A stretch of 64,000 nt of DNA from Carpediemonas membranifera BICM (Eukaryota; Protista; Fornicata). Every line of letters begins with the position of its first letter. Position 1 is the first letter of the stretch. Of the stretch, positions 34,005-43,370 are shown in pieces. The stretch lies in NCBI GenBank assembly GCA_019828565.1, contig JAHDYR010000069.1, positions 564,799-628,798 of the forward strand. The letters run 5' to 3'. The notes beneath the pieces are model-generated. The model ran no database searches and had not been told where the DNA came from. It saw only the letters and a program-made list of their open reading frames with translations. A program made the translations under genes and the position numbers.

Positions 34005-37000
34005 GCGATCCACGAAGACCCAGTAACCCGCTGCCACGCGCGACTCAGGGTGCTGCCGCTGAATGTCAGCCGCTCGCTTCTGGCTGTCCTGCTTCTTCTT
34101 CGCCGCTGTCTGCTCCATATTCCTTCTTCTATTTTCTTCGTTCTGGATCATCCTGCGCGCAGCCTCCACCTCCTCCATCCTCTGTTCCTTGAGCTTGTCC
34201 ACGGTCGCTCTGGTTCCATCCGCCACTACCAGTCTCCACGCCGACGACCCGGTCGCCCTCGAACGCGCCGAGTTGATGATGTTCTGGATCGACGGGAGCA
34301 GACCCTTCCATCTCCTGGTCTGCCGTTCATACATCTCGCACCGCAGGTGGCGGTTGACCTCTTTGTTCCACCGCTCGACCACGCCGTTCTCCTCGTGGTA
34401 GTACGGCGTCGTGTGGTTGACCCGCGCCCCGGTCTCCCTGGCCCACGCGTGAAACTCGGTCGATGCGAACTGCGACCCGTTATCTGCTACCCACTCGACC
34501 GGCATCGGGAAGTGGGTGAGGTAGAACCTCTGCAATGCCTCGATGGTTTCTCGTGACGACACTGTCTTCAGCGGGACCAGGGTGACCCATCGCGACGTTT
34601 CTTCCACAACTGTCAGGATGTTCCGGTACTCGCCGTCGGCCTCTTTCATGACGATGGTGTCCACGAACACTCGACCATACGGTCCCAGCGGCTCGCGCGG
34701 CGCTCGACTGGTACGGGTCGCCCCCCATACCCGACTTCTGGCACACGGGGCATCGTTTGACCATCGTTGACACGTCAGCTTCGGCTCCGTCCCAAGACAG
34801 TCCGATGTCCTCAAGCTTCCACAGGGTCTGTTGCACCCCATGGTGGCCCTTCCCAGCGCCGTGTACCTCCTTGAACCTCGCTTCCTTCTGACTCTCCGGC
34901 AGTGTCGGGCTCGCCTCCTGTGTCGTCCTGAACTCGTCTACTCTGAACAGCAGTTGCCCCTGCGGTCTCGGCTTGCTCTCTTCTGTCTCAGCGCCGGCTG
35001 CCGCTGGGCCATCCTCGTCTGACTCCGTCCGACTCTGGTCCGGAATGTCCTCCTGCTCCTGCTTCGCCTGCTCCTCTGCGAGCGCCGCCCTCGATAGCCC
35101 GTCGGCGATCTCGTTAAGGCTGCCCGGCACGTGCTCCACGTCGAATTTGTAGTTGGCGAGCTCGAGTGCCCACCGCTGCACCATGTCGTCATTGGCGCCC
35201 CACACGTACGCGAGGTTCCTGTGGTCACACCACACCTTGAACTCCTGCGTTGCCAGCAGACGCCGAGCCTTGCGGATCGCGTGGACAATGGCGAATGCCT
35301 CCTTCCTATACGTGCTCCACCTGCGCTGCGAGCCGGACAGTGCCTTCGACAAGAACATAATCGGCCGCTTGCCGCCCTCGTCCTCCTGCATCAGCACCGC
35401 GCCGACCCCCTTGTCCGACGCGTCCGTGTACAGCGCGAGTCTCTTCGCCGGGTCCGGGTGTGTCAGCACCGGCGCGCTCGTGACCGCCTTCTTCAATGCC
35501 TCGAGCGCCCTGTCCTGGTCCGGCCCCCACGGCGGCGCGTCCTTGAGCTCCATCCTCCTGATCGGCTCGGCCAGGTCCGCGTACCCCGGGATGAACTTCG
35601 CGAAGAAGTTGAAGATACCCAGGAGGGCCCTGACGTCGCTGACGTTGTGCGCCGGGGCGAGCTTCTGTACACCCTCCACCCTCCACTCAGGCACGGACCG
35701 TCCCTCCTTCGACACAGTCCAGCCCAAGTACTCTACCTCGTCAAGGTTGAAAGCGCACTTCTTCTCGTTAAGCTTGATCTTCCGCTCCCTCACCCGGTCC
35801 ATGACATGCCGGAGGTTGGCCTCGTACTCCTCCACCGTCTCCCCGAACACCAGGATGTCGTCAACGTAGATGAGGCAGGCCGTCCCCAACATGTCCGCGA
35901 ACGCCTCCTCCAGCGCTGCCTGCATATGGCCCGCCGCCGTCGACAACCCGAACGGCATCGTGTTATAGGTGAAGTGGCCGTCGGGTGTGGTGAACGCCAA
36001 CAGCTCCTGCGTCCCCTCCTCGACCGGCACCTGGTGGAACGCGCTGCTCGCGTCCAGGGCTGCGAACTTGACCTTGCCCTCCAGCATCGTCATGATGTCG
36101 TCGATGGCCGGGAGGTCGTGCTGGGGATCCTCGATGAACTTGTTCAAGCGGATATAGTTGATGCACGGGCGCCACTCCCCACCCTTCTTCTTCGCCATGA
36201 CCACGCGCGACGACCAGGGCGACTTCGACCTACGGATGATCTTCGCCTCTTCCAGTTTCTTGAGGTGCCCCGACAGTGCCTGCTCAATCTCCGGCTGCCG
36301 CCTCCTCGGCAATTCGAAGTAGGGCACCGCATCATCACTCAGACTGATCTTGTACGGCTTCAGGTCTGCCGCGCCGTCGGCCGGGCCGAAGCAATCGGCA
36401 TACTCCTCGCGGATCTGCTCGTCCATCGTGGCCAGCAACTCCTCATCGCCGTCGACGTCGGTCGTGGTGGCCTCCACGTTGATCAGGCCCAGCTCGGCAA
36501 GGGTCCTGAAGCAGATTGTGGGTTTGCAGCCAGCGATCACGTCCCAGTGGAGCGTGACGTCGACGTCTTTCTTCAATGCGAGTCTGACCTTCTTCGATCC
36601 TCCCGTCAGCACTCTCGCCGTCGAGTTGTCGCCCAGCTTGACCCACCGGTCGGCCCACTTCGTCCGGATGCCCCACTCTCTGGCCAACTCCGGCGGGATG
36701 AAATTGCTGCTAGCACAAGTATCGAGCCGCACCACATGCTCCTTCAGCCCGACACTCATGCTGCACTCCCAAACCTTGCTTCCCACCCCCGAGGCAAAGA
36801 CTAAACACTGATCGGGTTTACTGGCGTCCGGACAGTCCTTCGCGACGTGCCCCACCTTACCACACCGATAACAGCGACGGGTGCCTCCGGCTATCTTCGG
36901 CTCTGGGCAGTCCTTGGCCATGTGGCCCCCACCCCCGCAGTTATAGCAGTGCAACTTCTTCTGCCCTTGCTCTTGCTTCTGCACGTCTTTCTTCGATGTA

Positions 37001-37650
37001 GACGATGTGGGGGGCTCCAACAGCCCAAACTGCTTCATTGCCTCGCGCTTCTTCCTCTCCCACAGCATTACTGATTGCATGACTCCGGCTGAGTCAGTGC
37101 ATGCGTCAACGACGCCCTGGAGTATTGCGTGTTGTCCTTCGTGCTTGCACGCCTCCAAGATCAGCCTCTTCGTTGCATCTATCGGGATGTCCTCTATCTT
37201 CTGGAACAACACCGCCGCTCTCGCTGAAATCCTGTTGAGCACTTCGCTTACGCTCTTCTCAGGTCCATTCGTCAAAAGCTGCGTCCGTGCGAACACTTCA
37301 GTGGGTAGGACGAGCTCTTCTATGCTCTTCTTCCAAAATGCGTCCTCCTTCTTCTGGTGTGCGCGTCGTGCCTTCTTGACGTCGTCTTGATGCTTCATGT
37401 ACTGCTGAGTCGACACCGATCCGTTACCGTTCGTCGCACATGTCGGCTCCACGAACTCGTCGATCCTGGACTTCCCTGTCTCGCGTAAAACCTGTCTCTT
37501 CAACGCAGGCTTGACCAGGGAGTGAAAAGGCTTACGGTGCTTGCCGTCGTCTGCCTCCAGGCTGTACTCGTCGTAGATGTCTCGTACTCGCATATACTCT
37601 TCGATCGTGAGGTCCTTCATCGGTGGACCTATCGTTACGTCTTCTCCCAT
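34005..37650 (-). CDS. Element A gag-pol single ORF (two CCHC knuckles, protease, RT, RNase H, integrase core); frameshift near 34725
   Basis: [45 protein letters not shown]...CPVC, VDT / ADNG / NGVVER. The frame change coincides with a C6 run. Confidence 0.94.
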
Positions 37651-37672
37651 TGCGTCAAACCGTAGTAATTAC

Positions 37673-37768
37673 TGAAGTCTGGAAACAAGTGTGAAGTGTT
37701 TAAGGGGTATACCTCCTACGCGGTGATAATGGCTCTAACTGCGTCTACATAGTCATGTAAATACCACA
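37673..37768 (-). repeat. 5' LTR of element A (96 bp)
   Basis: Identical to 28914-29009. Confidence 0.95.
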
Positions 37769-37773
37769 GGGAC

Positions 37774-39852
37774 TGAAGTCTGCTATAGACGATTGAGAGT
37801 TACTTTACTGCTTGCACTGTGCACTCTATGATACTTCATTACCCCTTCCCGCTCTCCCTTCCTTCTTCTTGAGAGTGATATTTCGATAGTCAGTCATCAT
37901 CGTCGGGGGTGATCAATCAGTGCTTCTCCAGTCCAGCCGGCAGTCCAGTACTTTCACACTTGCCTTCTGTCATACATCGCCGCGTGTTGCCACCACGCCA
38001 ATCTCTCCTTGCCCGTGCATGACCAGGCTCTGCACCAGGCCATCGTTATCGTCGCCTACCGACGAAGTGGAGAGTACCGAAACCTCGCCGCCGACTCACT
38101 CGTCGACCGCTTCCTGGGCGCGAAAAAATACGCTGCAGTTCGGCGGGTTGTCACCTCAATAGCCGAGATGCGACTGTGGCATGACGAGTTCATCATCCGC
38201 CTCTGCACCGCCTTCAGGGCAGCTCGTCAACAGTGCCCTCGCGAGTTCGACGTGTGGCTGGGCGAATATGCCACGAGCACCAAGCTGTCGCTCGTCAATG
38301 CCCTTGAAGGTTACTGCTGGCGCCTGGCGAAGATCATCACTCGGGTCGACACTGCCCTGACTCAGCGTGATCCAGACGTGCCCCGGGACGACATCACCCG
38401 GTTGCGCACCGAACAACGCGCTGTCAAGGCGATAGTTGATGAGCACCTTGCAAAGATCTCAACTCCGGGACGAGTCGACGAGGGCGTTCTACTCACGCTG
38501 CCCTGTGTCTGGCGGATCTCCGCGGCTCTGGGAGAGCTCACGGATATGGTTGCGGCATTCAACACCGCCCATCCACCTCTTCCGGGTGACAAGCCGCTGG
38601 CGGGCCCCAAACTTGTTCCGCTTGTCCCGATGGCTCCGGTCCGCCCCGGGTTCATGCACGTTCCCTGTTCTCTCAACGTGCTGAACCCGGCTTAGCTTCT
38701 GCCCAATTTGGGGTCGACCCGGAGCATCACGCCACTGAGCGCATGACGCGAGAGCAGCTGTAGGCTCTTCCTCCGAACATCCGTCGGGTGCTGTCTGTCA
38801 AGACAGATGGGGTCGCCGTGGACCTCACGGTCCAAGTTGGTGCTCTGCCATACGTCAGCAGACGTGCCAGTGGCAACCCGACGATGAAGCGAAAGGCTCG
38901 GGAGCGTCTGGGTGTGGATGACGCAGATGCTCGCCCCGCGCCAGACCCCGATGCCCACCTCATGGGTTTCGACCCGGGTGCTCGGGCTCTGGGTGGATTC
39001 TTCATCCGCCACCCAGATGGCACCACCAGCTCCGGTGTGGTCCCGAAGTGTGGGTACACCAAGACCCCCAGCTTCGCGTTCGATATGACTCCTGCGTCAT
39101 TCAAAAGTACAAATCTAGATAGTCTACAAAACTCGGTTAGGTTTGTGCTCCTCCACGAGCAGGAAATATTCGACGCTGGGATGGTCAAGAGCTTCCGCAG
39201 AGTGCGCCTGACGAACCACATCTTGCGTCAGAAGCACTTCCACAGAGCTGGGGAGCAGCTTGCTCGCACCCTAGGATGGACTCCTCGGCGACTCCCTCGC
39301 GGTATTGCCCCTCCCCGGGCAGCCCCCACCGGGCTGGTTGTCTTCTACGGAAGCGCTAGATTCAAGACGCCCCGTCGGGTGCATCCATGCGCGCCGTATG
39401 GTCGCTTTGCTACCTTACTACCACACATCATGAGAGCTTTCAACATCACTGCTGAAGTGCGGATGACTAACGAGTTCCGAACCTCACTCGTCTGCCCCTT
39501 CTGCCGCGCGAGGTTCCGTAGAACTCGCTACACGAGGCGCACGATGCGATGCCACAACCGGAATTGTCAAGGTGCTCCATGGTACAGACAGCAACGCCTC
39601 AATTCCGATCCTACTACCACCACTTGGCTCAATCTCTCCCACAGAGACAAGACTGCTGCACAGAACATCTTGGATTGCGGCCTCATGACGGATGCACAGT
39701 ATCAAGCCAGTGCTTTCAGAAATCCAGCCCGTCTTCCCAACTATGACCCCAATACACTAATTACGGCTAACCAGCCGCAAGTCTTCGCCTCCGGGCAAGC
39801 TAATTGAAGTGGAGAGACGCAGTGCTTGCACTGTGCACTCTATGATACTTCA
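37774..39852. mobile_element. Element C: non-autonomous element bounded by short LTR-like repeats, carrying a Fanzor gene
   Basis: The left repeat 37774-37838 and right repeat 39805-39852 both run TGAAGT...TGCTTGCACTGTGCACTCTATGATACTTCA (last 30 bp identical). A PPT-like tract lies at 37839-37850 and the flanks are GGGAC / GGGAT. The right boundary could instead be 40557. Confidence 0.7.
37913..39807 (+). pseudogene. Fanzor1 (eukaryotic TnpB-family RNA-guided endonuclease), interrupted at about 38660-38763 and lacking a clear start
   Basis: ORF 38788-39807 has SVKTDGVAV, RuvC-I LMGFDPG, VVFYGSARF, RuvC-II NEFRTSLVCPFC, CHNRNC and RuvC-III HRDKTAAQNI. The upstream frame 37913-38695 ends in KLVPLVPMAPVRPGFMH, similar to the Fanzor1 F-S-L-L-P...P-x-Y-I segment. 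Confidence 0.88.
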
Positions 39853-40459
39853 GGGATGGTTAGACTCCACTCACCCACTTCAGCCCTCGTCTGTACCATC
39901 GGTCTGTCGTGCTTTCAGTCGTCGGTCTGCACGAAAAGATGCGTCGTCCATCGTCTGTGTCGAACGCTGCTGCCTTCTTTCGCGTCTGTGCTCGTCTGTT
40001 ACGCGCTCATCTGTCGTCCATTGCCGGCGTCTGAAGCTCGTGTCGTCTTCGTCATCTTCGTCTGTTGTGAGAGACACTAGTGGTGGAAAGCGGTTGTAGC
40101 AGTAGTAAAGACGCTTTGTGTTGTATGACGCTGGTTTCTTGTGTTTTGAGGGATGCTGCCTGCTGATGAACGCTGAAAAGAAATGATCGATGCAGGCAGC
40201 TCAATATACTCCGATGCCTTCCAAGATATACACGGTGAAGGCTTCCGTTAACAAGGCTATTGGCGAGATTAACGGTGGAGGCGATAACAACGCGCCGCGG
40301 CGAGGAAATCTTGAACCCGGCATGCGTTCTTTCACGCAGGCTAAGTACACATTCACTTGCCTGCTTGCGTGCGTCTCTGCATCTGCGCACGCGTTGACCC
40401 CACCGAGGACGGTCAACCTGTTCCACCGACCAGGAGGTCCTCGCGCAGATCGTCAGTGG

Positions 40460-40554
40460 ACGATTGATAGAGTATGATGAACTACACTGCGATCCTGATG
40501 CTGCTTGGATCACTGTGTGTTTTGGACTCAACAATTCTAATCCTGCGTGGCACA
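40460..40554. repeat. Dispersed structured repeat (family D)
   Basis: 40460-40531 matches 56013-56084 with one mismatch. The 3' part matches 55888-55917 and 56228-56251. Confidence 0.85.
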
Positions 40555-40664
40555 TCAGGGACGCTGAAAGTGGGTTTCCAGACACTCATGACACAACTAC
40601 GCCTTCACTAAGACCTGCCTTATAAACATCTCCATTCAATAGCCGCATCGATCCCTTGCTTCAT

Positions 40665-43235
40665 TTACTCTTGGGCCATATATGCCCGGTCGAACAGCTG
40701 CACCACGGCCGTCGGCTCGCTCTCAAGCGCTGTCCGCGCGGCTTCGTAGTCGCCAGTCAAATAGCTCGCGTAAAACTCCAAATTATGCAGCCCAGCCTCC
40801 TCGAGCCGAGGGATCAGTGCCTGCATGCCCTCCGCGTCGTCCAGCGCCGCATACACGAGGAAGAGACTGTTGAGGTCCTTGGCCTTATCGAGGGCGTCCA
40901 GGGCCACCGCGAGGTCGCCCCACCGCAGAGCTTCATCGCCTACCTGCTGCCACACGGCAGGGTCGTCGAGCACGGCGGCGATCTCAGCGGCGAGGGGGAA
41001 GTCCTCGAGCTTGAGAGCGAGGTCCAGCTTCCTCTCCTTGCTGGCTGTGAGGTCGAGCGCCTCGCGAAGTCTCTTGGCCCCTTCGAGGAGGACGGAGGCC
41101 TGCTCCCGGTCCGCGTCACGCAGGGCCTTACCCTTGGCGAGGGCGGCGTCGAAGTCACCCCGCGCAAGGGCGACCCTCATCTCTACAAAGGCCATGGGCA
41201 CTGGCACGAGACGGACCGCCTTGTCCTGGTCCGCGCACAGTACGATGGGGAGGTCCGTGCCAGAGGGGTCTTCAGCCGTAGTCGCGCCGATAGAGTATAC
41301 CGGCTTCTGAGTGAGGCACAGCAGGTGGGACTGGCGGGCCATGGGCTGGGGGGCAGCACACGCGGGACTCACGGCGGGCCAGACGGTCGAGTAGACCCCG
41401 CTCGCCGTGGTCGTGACGAGAGCAGACTCGACCCACAGCGCAGACTTGGACTTCTCGTTCACTACGCCTAGGAAGCGCCAGGCATCGCCGCAGACGACAT
41501 CAGTGGCGGAGGTGTTCTTGGGAGCCTGGGCTATGGCGGCTTGGGCGATCTCGGGGCAGAACTGGATGACCATGATCCGCTCTGCCATGCGGATAGCAAC
41601 CAGCTGGACATCGTGACCGTCGACCGAGAACACGCGAGACCACGCGACATCCTTGATTGGGGAGTCGAGAGCAATCTGGTTGAGGAGAGGCATCCCTCTC
41701 GCGCCCTCCTCCGGCCAGGCGTAGAAGTTGAGGGCGCTCCTCTCGCTCGTCTGGTTGTTCGCCACACCCATGAGCGGGCCGCCGAAGAGGGCGTTCGCGG
41801 CATACGGCATCGAGATCTGGAAGGCGCGGTCGAATTCCTTGCCGGGCATGGTGTAGACGTCGAGCACGGCCAGCCCGCGCGAGTCTGCATGGACCGTCCC
41901 GAACCTCTGGGGCACGGGCCCCGCCGTCCTCCCGTCCTTGTTGGGCACCTCCCACGCGAAAGCACCGACCGAGAGCGTGCCTGTGACCGACGTCTCTGTC
42001 TTAAAGTCCCGCCTGGTCCAAGTCTTGGCCACCGTGTGGACGGACAGTGTCTGGGCTGAGTCGCCCCGGCCCCGGGTCAGGACGGCCGTGTGCTTGCCGT
42101 CGGGGGAGGCGTGGAGGGCCGTGACGACGTGGCCGGACTCAATGTGGACGAGGTCCTCGGCCTCGAGCTCGGAAACGGCAAAGAGCTCGGTCACCTTGCC
42201 CTGAAGGACGGCAGTACTCTCAGTAATGGCGCGGCGGGCCTGGAAGCGGCGCACGTCGCCTGCTACGATGTACACGTCCTTGGTGGCACGGCCGCCGTTG
42301 AACACAGCGACGGGCCGGCCCTTCTGGAGCTTGACAGTGGTAGTACCGCGGTCATGGCCGACCACGACAGCAGCCTTGTCCGGCACGGGTGCGACAGCCC
42401 AGACCTTGTCCTTGTTCTCGCGGTCATCCCGCATGAGGATGGTCTGGCGGAACACCTCGTGGCCCTCCTTGTCCCAGACGATAGCCTGTCCGTCCTCGGC
42501 CACGGACACGAAGAGGCCGACCCTGGGGTGAGCCGTGAGGGCGGTGATGGCCTTGCTGTGGCCGCTGAGAGAGTATATGCACTGGCGCGTGCGGACGTTC
42601 CACATCTTCACGAGGTTGTCGTCACCGCCGGAGAGGAGAGTCGCGCCGTCGAGGAAGGCGACGGCATCGGCGCCGACGTCGTGGGCGTGTTCGATGGTGC
42701 ATTTCTTGAGAGGAATGCCGCTCGACTTGCTGGCGCGGGCATCCCACATCTTAATCGTCTGATCGAGCGAGGCAGACACCAGCGTGTTACCGCTCGGGTC
42801 GATGGCGAGCTTCATGATGTAATGGGTGTGTGAAGCGTTCTCATCGCCCTTGAGGTTGGGATCGCGGTACACGGCATCGAGCTGGAAGGTAGATAATGAC
42901 CATCTGCGGATGGTGCGGTCGTCTGAGCACGTATAGAGGAAGGATCCATCGGGGTGAACCTTGATGTCTCGGATGTAGTCCGCATGGGCGGCAGAGATCA
43001 CCTTGGAGCTCGTGTACGTGCTGTAGTTGATTGAATAGACGTTGAAGTCATCAGAGCCTGCAAAGACAATGGGCTTGGTGGGATGAAGCGCAAGGCAGCG
43101 AATTGGGGAATATGGGGGCGCAGACACGTTCAGAGAATGAGAGCCCTTCTCCTCGGTGATTGTGATAGTACCATCGTATGCAGCAGTGATTGTAACATGC
43201 TGATCACAGCATACTACTGCCTTAACTCTTACCAT
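40665..43235 (-). CDS. COPB2: Coatomer beta' subunit (Sec27)
   Basis: RVKAV, GSDDFNV, AHADYIRDIKVHP, HTHYIM, SASLDQTIKMW, SGGDDNLVKMW, and C-terminal WQQVGDEAL...AKDLNSLFLVY. Confidence 0.88.
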   Translation of the reverse strand: MVRVKAVVCCDQHVTITAAYDGTITITEEKGSHSLNVSAPPYSPIRCLALHPTKPIVFAGSDDFNVYSINYSTYTSSKVISAAHADYIRDIKVHPDGSFLYTCSDDRTIRRWSLSTFQLDAVYRDPNLKGDENASHTHYIMKLAIDPSGNTLVSASLDQTIKMWDARASKSSGIPLKKCTIEHAHDVGADAVAFLDGATLLSGGDDNLVKMWNVRTRQCIYSLSGHSKAITALTAHPRVGLFVSVAEDGQAIVWDKEGHEVFRQTILMRDDRENKDKVWAVAPVPDKAAVVVGHDRGTTTVKLQKGRPVAVFNGGRATKDVYIVAGDVRRFQARRAITESTAVLQGKVTELFAVSELEAEDLVHIESGHVVTALHASPDGKHTAVLTRGRGDSAQTLSVHTVAKTWTRRDFKTETSVTGTLSVGAFAWEVPNKDGRTAGPVPQRFGTVHADSRGLAVLDVYTMPGKEFDRAFQISMPYAANALFGGPLMGVANNQTSERSALNFYAWPEEGARGMPLLNQIALDSPIKDVAWSRVFSVDGHDVQLVAIRMAERIMVIQFCPEIAQAAIAQAPKNTSATDVVCGDAWRFLGVVNEKSKSALWVESALVTTTASGVYSTVWPAVSPACAAPQPMARQSHLLCLTQKPVYSIGATTAEDPSGTDLPIVLCADQDKAVRLVPVPMAFVEMRVALARGDFDAALAKGKALRDADREQASVLLEGAKRLREALDLTASKERKLDLALKLEDFPLAAEIAAVLDDPAVWQQVGDEALRWGDLAVALDALDKAKDLNSLFLVYAALDDAEGMQALIPRLEEAGLHNLEFYASYLTGDYEAARTALESEPTAVVQLFDRAYMAQE

Positions 43236-43370
43236 TTGTCGAGAAAATGAGCTCGACACGTTGTGTGTCAATTCTGGCAAAACCCTCTTCAACCCCAAGA
43301 ACCAAAGAACAGAGCCGTTCGACATTGACCCACCACGGCTTGCTCAGCAACCTATGGCTCATAATCCGAT

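Larger units (their letters stand above)
28914..37768 (-). mobile_element. Ty3/Gypsy chromodomain LTR retrotransposon A (outer; 4323 bp once the nested element is removed)
   Basis: Identical 96-bp TG...CA LTRs, TSD GGGAC at 28909-28913 and 37769-37773, PPT at 29010-29022, and a gag-pol ORF. Confidence 0.96.

Noticed and set aside
38761-38763. TAG reassignment (alternative genetic code) rescuing Fanzor
   Set aside because: TAG and TAA terminate conserved genes here (PheRS, Rab8, tubulin), and a frameshift would still remain.
28052-39852. Family C repeats as a CRISPR array
   Set aside because: Only three copies, kilobases apart, with TG...CA ends and TSDs. There is no regular spacer structure.
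40472-40530. Box C/D snoRNA (ATGATGA...CTGA)
   Set aside because: No terminal D box or terminal stem. The sequence is part of a fragmented dispersed repeat.
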